Part shown: positions 9,786 through 19,181 of the stretch, one piece after another
How positions within the stretch are numbered: position 1 is the stretch's first letter
Layout of the letters: the number at the start of each line of letters is the position of its first letter
Origin: Clostridiales bacterium
GTDB taxonomy: Bacteria > Bacillota > Clostridia > Oscillospirales > QAKW01
Direction of reading: 5' to 3'
DNA length: 61,375 bases
Assembly: GCA_003343605.1 (NCBI GenBank)
Contig: QAKW01000083.1
Span: 1 to 61,375 of the forward strand
Program-made: the position numbers and the translations under genes
Notes under the pieces: generated by a model
What the model saw: the letters and a program-made list of their open reading frames with translations, nothing else
What the model was told of the DNA's origin: nothing
Database searches by the model: none

Positions 9786-10832
9786 TTACTCACCTACTTT
9801 TGATAACGGCTTAATATCAATCTTGTAGCCGGTCAGTTTCGCGGCCAGCCGGGCATTTTGCCCCTCTTTTCCGATTGCGAGCGAAAGCTGATCGTCGCTG
9901 ACCACCACCACGCAGGTATGCTGCGCATCATCGGCCGCCACACTGATGATTTTGGCCGGCGCCAGTGCAGCCGCAATGTATTCTTCCGCATTTTCACTAT
10001 AGCGGATAATATCGACCTTTTCACCCTTCAGCTCTTCGCAGATTTTGGAAATCCGCATTCCGCGCGTACCGATACAGGCCCCTACCGGATCCACGTTTTC
10101 ATCATGGGAATAAACTGCGATTTTGGTCCGGCTGCCTGCTTCGCGGGCAATAGCCTTTACTTCAACCGATCCATCAAAAATCTCCGGCACCTCCAGCTCA
10201 AAAAGCCGTTTGACCAATCCCGGGTGCGTTCTGGAAATCAGAATCTGCGGGCCCTTCTGCGCTGTGCGCACCTCAACAACATATATTTTTACAAAATCAC
10301 CCGGATTCAGAACCTCACCGGGGATCTGCTCATTGCGAATCAGCATCGCCTGGCTTTTTCCAATATCCAGAATTGCATTGCCGTTTGGCTCTACACGGTT
10401 TACAGTGGTGGTAAGAATTTCACATTCCTTGCTGTTGAACTCCTGGTAGAGCAGGCCGCGCTCCCCATCACGGATGCCGTGGATAATGACCTGTTTGGCG
10501 TTTTGGGCGGCGATTCGGCCGAACTCCTTGGTTTTTACTTCAACCAACGCCTCATCGCCCAGCTTCAGCCGCTTGGAAACGGTATCGTGCGCTTCTTCCA
10601 GCGTGATCTCCATAACCGGATCGGCCACTTCCTCCACCACGGTTTTCTTTTGCAGCAGCTTAATCTCATTTTTATCCCGGTTTACCAGAACTGATGCATT
10701 ATCCGCCGTGCCATACGCGCGTTTGGCGGCTGCCAGCAGCGCAGCCTCCACCTTTTCCAGCATATAATCGGCAGGTATCCCTTTTTCCTCCTCAATCATA
10801 TCCAGTGCCTTAAAAAATTCTGCATTCTTCAT
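9786..10832 (-). CDS. nusA: Transcription termination/antitermination factor NusA
   Basis: 348 aa with N-terminal domain, S1 and two KH domains (GACIGTRGMRI, LAIGKEGQNARLA). Confidence 0.95.
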   Translation of the reverse strand: MKNAEFFKALDMIEEEKGIPADYMLEKVEAALLAAAKRAYGTADNASVLVNRDKNEIKLLQKKTVVEEVADPVMEITLEEAHDTVSKRLKLGDEALVEVKTKEFGRIAAQNAKQVIIHGIRDGERGLLYQEFNSKECEILTTTVNRVEPNGNAILDIGKSQAMLIRNEQIPGEVLNPGDFVKIYVVEVRTAQKGPQILISRTHPGLVKRLFELEVPEIFDGSVEVKAIAREAGSRTKIAVYSHDENVDPVGACIGTRGMRISKICEELKGEKVDIIRYSENAEEYIAAALAPAKIISVAADDAQHTCVVVVSDDQLSLAIGKEGQNARLAAKLTGYKIDIKPLSKVGE

Positions 10833-10852
10833 TTTCTTTTCCTTTATCCTCC

Positions 10853-11314
10853 TCAGTTAAAGTCCACCCAGGGACGAACCAGCCGGGTTTCCTTGACGTT
10901 TATTTCCAATCGCCCGTGATCGGTCTCCAATGAAAAAATACCATTTTCATACCCGCTTAAAATACCAATCCAATAATCACTGCCCTCCCGCGGTGAAAAA
11001 AGTTTCACTTCAATTTTCTGCCCCGAAAAATAGCGGAAATCCTTTTCCTTTTTCAGCGGGCGGTCGAGCCCGACCGAAGATACCTCAAGATAATACCGGT
11101 CTTTGATAAAATCGGCCTCATCCAGCAGTGGATCCACCGCGCGCGACATAGCCTCACAGTCATCAATCGTGATCCCGCTCCCGCTGGTAATATAAAGCCT
11201 TAAAAAATAATCCGGCCCTTCTTTTACATATTCCACATCAAAAAGCGTGTAGCCCAGCTCCTCCGCAACCGGCGCAGCCAGTGCTTCTACCTTACTTGCG
11301 ATTCCCTCTTTCAT
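10853..11314 (-). CDS. rimP: Ribosome maturation factor RimP
   Basis: 153 aa, first gene of the nusA-infB operon. Contains the LEVSSVGLDRPL motif. Confidence 0.85.
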   Translation of the reverse strand: MKEGIASKVEALAAPVAEELGYTLFDVEYVKEGPDYFLRLYITSGSGITIDDCEAMSRAVDPLLDEADFIKDRYYLEVSSVGLDRPLKKEKDFRYFSGQKIEVKLFSPREGSDYWIGILSGYENGIFSLETDHGRLEINVKETRLVRPWVDFN

Positions 11315-11333
11315 TTACGACTCCCTTCTGCCG

Positions 11334-11368
11334 GCAAAAACAAAGAGGTCCGTTTTTCACGAACCTCC
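11334..11368 (-). terminator. Terminator-like hairpin inside the rimP leader (candidate attenuator)
   Basis: The minus-strand RNA reads GAGGUUCG-UGAAAAA-CGGACCUC followed by UUUGUUUUUG. It lies between the predicted promoter and the rimP start codon. Confidence 0.45.
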
Positions 11369-11383
11369 TTATATTCAATAGGT

Positions 11384-11412
11384 AGTATACCACTTACACC
11401 CGTAAAATGCAA
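11384..11412 (-). promoter_or_regulatory. Sigma-A-type promoter of the rimP-nusA-infB operon
   Basis: On the minus strand: TTGCAT (11412-11407), a 17-nt spacer ending in TG-G, then TATACT (11389-11384). Confidence 0.5.
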
Positions 11413-11427
11413 GTATTTTTTAAAAAA

Positions 11428-12825
11428 TTACCATTCCAGCTCAATCACTTCTCCGTTATAAAGCTTTTGCGCATTTTCCACAATCCGGTCTACGTTCAGC
11501 GTGCTCACCAGAAAATGCCCGCTTCCATTCAGCTCGCAAAAGCATTTCAGCTCGGAAACCTGATAAAAGTTCATGGTTTCCACCGTGCCGTCACGCAGGG
11601 TAAAAACAACCGTGACATAAGGGTCTTTCGCCTCTCCCTTTTCACCCAGATCGGTAATCCCAATGGTCAGGATGTGGGAATAAAAATCAGAGAACAGATC
11701 GCTGTCAACCGTTTTATTATTGATGGTAACGGCGAAATCGCCGTTGTCGTCTTTATCGCCGATTGCGATGGTAAACGTTTTACCGCCGCCGGTTACCCGG
11801 ATTCCGGAAATTACGTCTACCGCACGGGTATAAATCATATCCTCGCAATAGTCTTTGAGCGATGCGCCCAGCATCTCTGTATAGCTTGTTTCAATGGAAT
11901 GGATGAATTTCCCGCCCACTGTATAACAATACTGCATGCCGCTTTCATTTGTATTGCCGAAATGGACCTCTTCGGTTTTTCCTTCGAGCGTATAAGTCAG
12001 CGTATAAACCGGCTGATCCAGCCCATAACGGGCCAGCGCTTCGGCGCCGGTATCATCGCCAACGATGCTGCAGGTTGTCAGCGCGGTAAGCAGGTTAAAC
12101 AGCTTATCCTGCGTGGTAGAGGAAAACGACTGATAAATCGGCGTCGTCATGATATAGGTAGTGCCAACCTCATCGTCGCTCAAATTGTTCATCTCCAGCC
12201 GGATTTCCTGCGGACGGCCGCTGCCGCCGATCACAATCGGCGTAAGCGTCTCCTGATCTGCATCTTCACTGTAGCTGATCATAGTATCACTGTAGAACTG
12301 ATAACGCGATAACAACACAATATCCGGCACAGAGGTATCGATCAGATAAACCGCCGGATCTCCCTCCTTCTGGCAGTAATAATTGCCGGAAGAAGAGGTG
12401 CCGCCAAGTGTAAAAATAAATGTTTCGCCTTTATTGGAAACTGTTACCGTTCCTTTTGGGTCCTTCAGGCCGTAGCTTTCCAGCTGTTCATCGGAGGGAT
12501 GATCTATCACCTTTTTAGTCGCGGTAAGGCTGCCGAGTTTTTCCAAAAGAGAGGTAACGCTCTCACTGTTAACATTATAGCCCTTTTTCCCATCGACGTA
12601 ATAGGTGCCGATCGCCTGCTTGACCAGCGTGTAATGATCAAAGGTATTGCGAATTTCCAGCGTGTCGGCTTCGCTGAAGTCCTGCTCCATCAGCACAACC
12701 TTGTTGCCCTTATCTTCTCCGGTTTCGTCTTTCGGCAAAACAAAGGCCACCAGAATCCAGAGCGCAAGCCCCAGCACGACCGCCACGCCCGCTAAAATCA
12801 AAACCGGCCTCAGTCGTTTTATCAT
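11428..12825 (-). CDS. DUF4340-like membrane-anchored protein (last gene of the GldA/F/G-like ABC cluster)
   Basis: 465 aa with a single N-terminal TM (VLILAGVAVVLGLALWILVAFVL) and a large extracytoplasmic region. The start overlaps the stop of the GldG-like gene. The family name comes from recollection of typical gene context. Confidence 0.55.
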   Translation of the reverse strand: MIKRLRPVLILAGVAVVLGLALWILVAFVLPKDETGEDKGNKVVLMEQDFSEADTLEIRNTFDHYTLVKQAIGTYYVDGKKGYNVNSESVTSLLEKLGSLTATKKVIDHPSDEQLESYGLKDPKGTVTVSNKGETFIFTLGGTSSSGNYYCQKEGDPAVYLIDTSVPDIVLLSRYQFYSDTMISYSEDADQETLTPIVIGGSGRPQEIRLEMNNLSDDEVGTTYIMTTPIYQSFSSTTQDKLFNLLTALTTCSIVGDDTGAEALARYGLDQPVYTLTYTLEGKTEEVHFGNTNESGMQYCYTVGGKFIHSIETSYTEMLGASLKDYCEDMIYTRAVDVISGIRVTGGGKTFTIAIGDKDDNGDFAVTINNKTVDSDLFSDFYSHILTIGITDLGEKGEAKDPYVTVVFTLRDGTVETMNFYQVSELKCFCELNGSGHFLVSTLNVDRIVENAQKLYNGEVIELEW

Positions 12826-14327
12826 AAATATCTCCTCCGGATATAAACCACCAAACCGATAATCAGAAAGATCGCGGGGATCACTGCGATGAACACGATG
12901 GAAGCATTCCGTACCGTTGCCGTATCCAGCGTCATCGAAGTGGAACGCGCTTCTTTGGAGGCGCCAACAATCTCTGATTCATTTTCATCCGCCATCATCT
13001 GATATACACGGTACAGGAAATTGCTGTTTCCATTATAATTCATATAATTTGCGCCCAGCATATCCACCGAACCCGCAACAAACAGATGGCTTTCCACCGC
13101 CACATTGTTGGCATATTTATAGCGGGTTGCTACCGCCGCCACGGTAAAGGGGCCCTGCGGATCACCATCGGCTTTTTTGTAGCCGGCGTTGATGTTGCTG
13201 CTGCTCTTGGCATAGGATTCCTCAGAAGTAGTCATCAGCGCGGTTGTCTCCGTAATTCCGGAGGATTCAAACAGCAGCGTGATCGACCGGGCGTTGGGCA
13301 CAACACTCAGATAATCCGCCGTAATCTTCACTCCGCTGACCTCTTCTTCGGTATAGGAAGGAATCAGATACAGCGGAACCGAATCGCTTGATGTGGCATA
13401 GGTAGCCGCACTGTAGTTATCCGATTCCAAAACGATATTGTTTTCCAGCTGAAAACCCCAGTCTGCCAAAAAGCCATCCAAATTGGGGAGTGCCGGCGCC
13501 TCGGGATTGGAGAAAAAGAAAATATCGCGCTCATAATTATAATCGTTGGCAAGGAATTCCTGCAGTTGCCGGATTTCGGTTTCAGAATAATCCATCATCG
13601 GGCCGCAGATCACCATCACCCGTGCAAGAGGATCAAATTGCGAAAGCTGGCTGAGTTTTACCTCTTCAACGTCCGCGCCGTTATTGGCGATCAGATTCAT
13701 AAAGGAATCATAGCCCTCTTCCCCATGCCCGGTGATAAAATAAACCAACGGGATCTCTTCTTTGGTCACATAAAGCACTGCGGAAGCCAGGCAGTCTTCA
13801 ATTTTATAGGTGACTGACCCGGTGGAGCTGTTCGATTCATACATATCGTTGAATGCAATTACCCGAACCCGGTCGCCGTTTTTCACAACGATCGCGCCTT
13901 CCTGAATACTGTATTCCGCCCCATAGGCCGTAAGCGCCGCCGGATTGACATCCGGATCAACAAAAGTATAGCTCACGTTGTCGGAAAGATTGGCAAAACG
14001 CTTTACCGTTTCACGGAACTGCTCGGGATACTCTTCTTCATTATACATTACCGTCAGTTCAATCTTCTGATCCCGGGTAAGGGAATTCACAATTTGCCTT
14101 GTGCTGGCGGAAATGCTGTAAAGATTATAGGAAGTCATATCCAGCTTCCAGGAATAGGTATCGGTGAGCAGTGAAAAGATTACGTTGATGATAATCACCA
14201 CCGCAACAAACACGATGGTCAGCCCGGTGGAAATCGAGCCATATTTGAATTTGCGCGTTTTAAAGAAGGGGACGCCCTGCTCCGCAGGGATTTTTTCCTT
14301 TTTCTTGCCGAAGGCCATCAGCTCCAC
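12822..14327 (-). CDS. GldG-like ABC-transporter auxiliary protein
   Basis: 501 aa with N- and C-terminal TM anchors flanking a large soluble domain. It lies directly after an ABC-2 permease and ATPase, as in GldA/GldF/GldG-type systems. Confidence 0.6.
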   Translation of the reverse strand: MELMAFGKKKEKIPAEQGVPFFKTRKFKYGSISTGLTIVFVAVVIIINVIFSLLTDTYSWKLDMTSYNLYSISASTRQIVNSLTRDQKIELTVMYNEEEYPEQFRETVKRFANLSDNVSYTFVDPDVNPAALTAYGAEYSIQEGAIVVKNGDRVRVIAFNDMYESNSSTGSVTYKIEDCLASAVLYVTKEEIPLVYFITGHGEEGYDSFMNLIANNGADVEEVKLSQLSQFDPLARVMVICGPMMDYSETEIRQLQEFLANDYNYERDIFFFSNPEAPALPNLDGFLADWGFQLENNIVLESDNYSAATYATSSDSVPLYLIPSYTEEEVSGVKITADYLSVVPNARSITLLFESSGITETTALMTTSEESYAKSSSNINAGYKKADGDPQGPFTVAAVATRYKYANNVAVESHLFVAGSVDMLGANYMNYNGNSNFLYRVYQMMADENESEIVGASKEARSTSMTLDTATVRNASIVFIAVIPAIFLIIGLVVYIRRRYL

Positions 14328-15022
14328 CTCCTCTTATCGATGATGCGAACGATCAGGAATAAAAATACCACCGTCAAGCTGAAGAAATAAAAGATGGTTG
14401 AAAAGTCAAAAAGCCCGCCCGCCAGTTTTTCAAACCGGGTGGAAACGGAAATCACGTTTACAATTTTGTTTACCACCGCATGATTGATAACCGATTTCAG
14501 AATATCACAGATTGCAAAGATCAGCAGCGTAAAGAACCCCAGCATAAACGCGATAATCTGACTTTCCGTAATGCATGCCATCAGCATGGCGATTGCAATG
14601 TAGGCCGCGCCGAGCAGCAGGATCCCCACATAGTTTCCGATCATGATCCCGGTTTCCACGTTGCCGTTGATATATAAAAAACCAACCGCAAAAATACTGG
14701 GCACCAGGCTGATGAGAAACATGGTATACGCTGCAAAAAACTTTCCGAGCACCATTTTGGTGATGCTGATCGGCGCGGTAATCAAAATCTGATCCGTTTT
14801 ATTTTTGCGTTCCTCCGGAAACAGCTTCATTGTGAGAATCGGGATCACCAGAATCAGAACATAGCAGCTGAAATAAAAATAATAGCTGACTTCCGAGCTA
14901 TAGCTTCCGATATTAAAAACACTGAAGCAGGTTCCGATCAGAATCAGATATAAAAACAGATAAACATATCCTACCGGGGATTTCAGATAAGAACGCAACT
15001 CTCTTTTCCATACCGCGGTCAT
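14318..15022 (-). CDS. ABC-2 family permease (GldF-like)
   Basis: 234 aa and strongly hydrophobic (about 6 TM). Overlaps the ATPase stop. Confidence 0.7.
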   Translation of the reverse strand: MTAVWKRELRSYLKSPVGYVYLFLYLILIGTCFSVFNIGSYSSEVSYYFYFSCYVLILVIPILTMKLFPEERKNKTDQILITAPISITKMVLGKFFAAYTMFLISLVPSIFAVGFLYINGNVETGIMIGNYVGILLLGAAYIAIAMLMACITESQIIAFMLGFFTLLIFAICDILKSVINHAVVNKIVNVISVSTRFEKLAGGLFDFSTIFYFFSLTVVFLFLIVRIIDKRRWS

Positions 15023-15966
15023 GCGTCGGCACCTCCTTCGTTGGCAATCAGGTTCACAAACACATCCTCCAAAGACATGTCCATCGATTTCAGGCCCATC
15101 AAAACCCAGCCCCGCTCAGAAAGCATCCGAAACAAAGGCTTGCGGATATCCACGCTGGGCTCACTCTCGATCAGGAAATCATGTGATCCCGATTCCTTTT
15201 GGCCCAGATCATCTACGAACAATACACCATCCATTGCCCGCACTGCTTTTTTCACATCATTTTTTCCGCCCGCGATCCGGGCCACCAGCCGGCGGTTCCC
15301 GGCTGTTTTATAAGTAAGGGTATCGGCGGTTCCATCGGCGATCAGCTGCCCTTTATTAATCACGATAATCCGGTCGCAGACCGACTGCACCTCCTGCAGA
15401 ATATGCGTGGAGAGAATCACCGTGTGCTTCTTGCCGAGCCGCTGGATCAGATTGCGGATTTCAATAATCTGGCGGGGATCAAGGCCCACCGTTGGCTCAT
15501 CAAGAATCAGTACCGGCGGGTTGCCCACCAGGGCCTGCGCAAAGCCGACCCGCTGCCGGTAGCCCTTGGAAAGGTTTTTGATCATCCGGCCGTATACGTC
15601 CTCAATCTTGATCAGCGCGCATATTTCCTGCAGATGCTCTTTCCGGGCAAATTTGCAGCCCTTCAGATCATACACAAAATTCAGATATTCCTTCACCGTC
15701 ATATCCATATAAAGCGGCGGCTGCTCCGGCAGAAAGCCGATCAGCTTTTTGGCGGCGGTAGGATCCTCCAGAATATCGATTCCATCGATCACCGCAGTGC
15801 CGCTGGTAGCGGAAAGATAGCCGGTCAGAATATTCATGGTGGTGGATTTTCCTGCGCCGTTCGGCCCCAGAAATCCAACGATTTCACCGGTATCGATCTT
15901 GAAAGAGATATCGTTCACAGCAAATTTATCGCCGTATCTTTTCACGATATTTTTAACTTCGATCAT
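15019..15966 (-). CDS. ABC transporter ATP-binding protein (GldA-like)
   Basis: Walker A GPNGAGKST, signature LSKGYRQRV, Walker B LILDEPTVGLD. Confidence 0.9.
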   Translation of the reverse strand: MIEVKNIVKRYGDKFAVNDISFKIDTGEIVGFLGPNGAGKSTTMNILTGYLSATSGTAVIDGIDILEDPTAAKKLIGFLPEQPPLYMDMTVKEYLNFVYDLKGCKFARKEHLQEICALIKIEDVYGRMIKNLSKGYRQRVGFAQALVGNPPVLILDEPTVGLDPRQIIEIRNLIQRLGKKHTVILSTHILQEVQSVCDRIIVINKGQLIADGTADTLTYKTAGNRRLVARIAGGKNDVKKAVRAMDGVLFVDDLGQKESGSHDFLIESEPSVDIRKPLFRMLSERGWVLMGLKSMDMSLEDVFVNLIANEGGADA

Positions 15967-16066
15967 GGAAGCCTCCTTAATTCAAAGCGGCGGAGTATTC
16001 TGCCGCTTCATAATCTTCTCAAAATGATTTTATCATAGAATCGGCCGGATTGCTATGAACTTTCTG

Positions 16067-17836
16067 TTAATTCTCCGGCTGCTCCAGCAGTGTAATACCA
16101 AGCTCCTGCAGCTGCTCCGCCGAAACTTCCGAGGGACATTCGCTCATCAGCTCCGAAGCGTTCTGCACCTTCGGATAAGCCACAACATCCCTTAGGTTCC
16201 GAAGCCCCAGCAACTGCATCACTAGCCGGTCCAGGCCGAGCCCCATGCCGCCATGCGGCGGTGCGCCATACTGGAACGCATCGGTTAAAAAGCCGAATTT
16301 CCGATGCGCCTCCTCTTCCGAAAGGCCCAGCAGTTTAAAAATCCTGCCCTGCAGATCCGGATCCGTAATGCGGATCGACCCGCTGGCGAGCTCCACACCA
16401 TTGAGCACCAGATCATAGGCTTTGGCGCGCACCTTCCCTTTATCGCTTTCAAGATACGGCAGGCATTCATCCAGCGGAGCCGTGAAAGGATGATGCATCG
16501 CCACCCAGATCTGCTGTTCCTCATCCCACTCAAAGAAAGGAAATTCTGTAATCCACAGCAGTGCATACCCGTTTTTCTCCACGCCGATTTTATCGGCCAC
16601 CATCAGCCGCAATGCACCCAGCGTTCCAAATACCACGCTGTTTTTTTCATCGGCAACAAAAAGCAGCGCATCGCCCTCTTTGGCTCCGGCGCGTTCCAAA
16701 ATTGCCTGCAGCTCCTCCTGGCTGATAAATTTTGAAAACGGGCAGGTGATCCCCTCCGGCGTCCAGCGCAGAAAGGCAAGCCCCTTCGCACCGATTCCCC
16801 GGGCATGCTCGGTCAGCTTATCGATCTCTTTGCGGCTGAGCGCGCCGGCGCCGCCGGGCGCGTTGATCCCCCGCACGCTGCCGCCTGCCTGCACGGCGCT
16901 GATGAAAACCGAAAAGCCGCACCCGGCCGCGATATCGCTGATATCAAACAGCTCCATGCCAAACCGGGTATCCGGTTTATCGGAGCCATAACGCTCCATT
17001 GCTTCCCTGTAGGTCAGCCGGGGCAGCGGCAACTGCAGCTCCCGCCCGCATATTTCACGGAACAGGCGTTCCATAAAGCCCTCTCCCACGGCAAGCACGT
17101 CTTCCAGATCCACAAACGACATTTCCAGATCAATCTGTGTGAATTCCGGCTGCCGGTCGGCTCGCAGGTCTTCATCCCGGAAGCAGCGCGCGATCTGCAT
17201 ATAGCGGTCGAAGCCCGCCACCATCGAAAGCTGTTTATAAATCTGCGGCGACTGGGGCAGCGCATAAAAAGAGCCCGGATGAACCCGGCTGGGAACCAGG
17301 TAATCTCTTGCGCCCTCCGGCGTGGACTTCATTAAAATAGGTGTTTCAATTTCAATAAATCCCTGCTCATCAAAATAATCGCGGGTAATTTTTGTAATGC
17401 GGTGCCGCATCAGAATATTGCCCTGCAAATCCGGCCGCCGCAGATCCAGATAACGGTATTTCAGCCGCAGCTCTTCATTGACGTTGCTGTTTTCCACAAT
17501 CTCAAAGGGCGGAGTTTTGGCCTTCGACCATATTTTGATCGAATCCGCCAGAACCTCCAGCATACCGGTTTTCAGATTGGGATTCACCGCCCCGCCGCGT
17601 TTTGCAACGGTTCCGCTGACTTCCAAAACATATTCGCTTCTAACGGTAAAGGCGGTTTGAAAGGCTTCTTTCTCAACCGATTCATCGAACTGAAGCTGAA
17701 TCAGGCCCGTCCGGTCGCGCAGATCAATGAAAATCAATCCGCCCAAATCCCGCTGGCGCTGCACCCAGCCGCAAACAGTAACCCTTTCACCAATCTTCTG
17801 GGGCGTAATTTCCCCGCAGTAATCTGTTCTTCTCAT
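16067..17836 (-). CDS. aspS: Aspartate--tRNA ligase
   Basis: 589 aa with an OB-fold N-terminus and class II motifs (FRDEDLRADRQPEFTQID, GGMGLGLDRL). ATGA overlap with the hisS stop. Confidence 0.95.
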   Translation of the reverse strand: MRRTDYCGEITPQKIGERVTVCGWVQRQRDLGGLIFIDLRDRTGLIQLQFDESVEKEAFQTAFTVRSEYVLEVSGTVAKRGGAVNPNLKTGMLEVLADSIKIWSKAKTPPFEIVENSNVNEELRLKYRYLDLRRPDLQGNILMRHRITKITRDYFDEQGFIEIETPILMKSTPEGARDYLVPSRVHPGSFYALPQSPQIYKQLSMVAGFDRYMQIARCFRDEDLRADRQPEFTQIDLEMSFVDLEDVLAVGEGFMERLFREICGRELQLPLPRLTYREAMERYGSDKPDTRFGMELFDISDIAAGCGFSVFISAVQAGGSVRGINAPGGAGALSRKEIDKLTEHARGIGAKGLAFLRWTPEGITCPFSKFISQEELQAILERAGAKEGDALLFVADEKNSVVFGTLGALRLMVADKIGVEKNGYALLWITEFPFFEWDEEQQIWVAMHHPFTAPLDECLPYLESDKGKVRAKAYDLVLNGVELASGSIRITDPDLQGRIFKLLGLSEEEAHRKFGFLTDAFQYGAPPHGGMGLGLDRLVMQLLGLRNLRDVVAYPKVQNASELMSECPSEVSAEQLQELGITLLEQPEN

Positions 17837-19101
17837 TTTAAAAATCCCTCCAGCCAGGCGCGGTTCAGTTGATCCAGCGCAACCGATTCCTGCTTCCCAT
17901 CCGCCATTCGCTTAACCGTAACGGCCGCTGCATCCAGCTCGCTCTCCCCGAGCACCATCACACAGGCCGCGCCGATCTTATCCGCATATTTCATCTGTGC
18001 CTTCACAGAGCGGCCCAGCAGATCGTATTGCGCGCACACCCCTTCATTCAGCAGCCGGTCTGCAAGCCGAATCGCCTGTGTTTTCGCCCGTTCACCGAGC
18101 GGAATCATAAAGAGATCGCAGATTCGCTCTGCGGGCGGTTCGATTCCGGCCTGTTCCAACACCAGCATAAAACGCTCCAGCCCCATGGCAAAGCCGATCC
18201 CCGGCTGCGGTGCGCCGCCGAATTGCTCGGTCATGCCGTCGTAACGGCCGCCGCCGCAAACCGTGCCCTGCGCGCCGATCTCATCACTGATGAATTCAAA
18301 TACCGTGCGGTTATAATAATCCAGGCCTCTCACGATTCTGGGATTGATTCGAAACGCAATTCCCATCGACTCCAAATAGCGCTGAACCGCTTTGAAATGA
18401 TCGCGGCAGTCGTCGCAGAGAAAATCCGTGATCAGCGGCGCGTTTTGCGCAACCGCACGGCAGATTTCGCTCTTACAGTCCAGAATGCGCATCGGATTTT
18501 TATCCAGCCGCTCCCGGCAGGTCGCACAGAGCTTTTCCTGATCTTTTTTAAAATAGGAGACCAGCGCCTCACGGTATCTTCCGCGGCAATCCCGGCAGCC
18601 GATGGAATTGAGCTCCAGTGAAATCCCCTTCAGGCCGATCTTCTCAAACAACCGGTAAGGCAGTGAAATAACCGTTGCATCCGCAATCGGATCCGGGGCG
18701 CCGAAAAGCTCCAGCCCGAATTGATTAAACTGCCGCAGGCGCCCTTTCTGCGGTTTTTCGTAGCGGAAACACTGAATCAGATAAAACAGCTTGGCCGGCA
18801 GCGCTTCGTTAAACAGCCCGTTTTCAACAAACGAACGTACGATCCCGGCCGTACCTTCCGGCCGCAGCGTCACAGAGCGGCCGCCCTTATCCTCAAAGGT
18901 ATACATTTCCTTGGTAACCACATCGGTCGTATCGCCGACGCCGCGCACAAAAACCTCCGTATGCTCGAAAACCGGCGTGCGGATTTCCCGGAATCCATAT
19001 TGCGCGCACAAATCGCGTATGGTTCTTTCCACCCACTGCCAGCGGTGGGATTCCGCCGGCAGAATGTCCTGCGTGCCCTTCGGCGCTGTAATCTGAGCCA
19101 T
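17833..19101 (-). CDS. hisS: Histidine--tRNA ligase
   Basis: Class II HisRS motifs (GTQDILP, RYEKPQKGRLRQF, GGGRYD). Start set at the ATG at 19101 (MAQITAPKG), which has GGAGAGGA 8 nt upstream. The track start at 19107 is a TTG. Confidence 0.95.
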   Translation of the reverse strand: MAQITAPKGTQDILPAESHRWQWVERTIRDLCAQYGFREIRTPVFEHTEVFVRGVGDTTDVVTKEMYTFEDKGGRSVTLRPEGTAGIVRSFVENGLFNEALPAKLFYLIQCFRYEKPQKGRLRQFNQFGLELFGAPDPIADATVISLPYRLFEKIGLKGISLELNSIGCRDCRGRYREALVSYFKKDQEKLCATCRERLDKNPMRILDCKSEICRAVAQNAPLITDFLCDDCRDHFKAVQRYLESMGIAFRINPRIVRGLDYYNRTVFEFISDEIGAQGTVCGGGRYDGMTEQFGGAPQPGIGFAMGLERFMLVLEQAGIEPPAERICDLFMIPLGERAKTQAIRLADRLLNEGVCAQYDLLGRSVKAQMKYADKIGAACVMVLGESELDAAAVTVKRMADGKQESVALDQLNRAWLEGFLK

Positions 19102-19123
19102 TTTCAAAATCCTCTCCTTGATC

Positions 19124-19169
19124 TAACATAAAAACATCCCCACTCCCAGAATGCCGCTGAGAGCGGGGA
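19124..19169 (-). terminator. Rho-independent terminator after mgsA
   Basis: The minus-strand RNA is CCCCGCUCUCAG-CGGCAUU-CUGGGAGUGGGG (12-bp stem with wobble pairs) followed by AUGUUUUUAU. It lies between mgsA and hisS. Confidence 0.6.
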
Positions 19170-19181
19170 CTGCAATTTGCG

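Noticed and set aside
11300-11365. Possible 22-codon leader ORF (GTG AAA AAC GGA ...) starting 3 nt after the AAGGAGG in the rimP leader and overlapping the rimP start.
   Set aside because: The SD-to-start spacing is too short, the start is non-ATG, and there is no evidence of conservation. It is mentioned only as an alternative role for the AAGGAGG inside the hairpin.
11407-12312. 301-aa plus-strand ORF opposite the DUF4340-like gene. Similar cases are 15199-16038 (opposite the ABC ATPase), 16304-17335 and 17869-18621 (opposite aspS and hisS).
   Set aside because: The opposite-strand genes carry clear family motifs and operon-style overlaps. The shadow ORFs lack RBSs and recognisable domains.
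19102-19181. Looked for T-box leaders upstream of hisS-aspS and, at 48983-49055, upstream of serS, as are common in Firmicutes.
   Set aside because: The intergenic regions are only about 75-80 nt. They are filled by a terminator or promoter and RBS. There is no AGAGA, specifier or T-box sequence, so I make no leader call.
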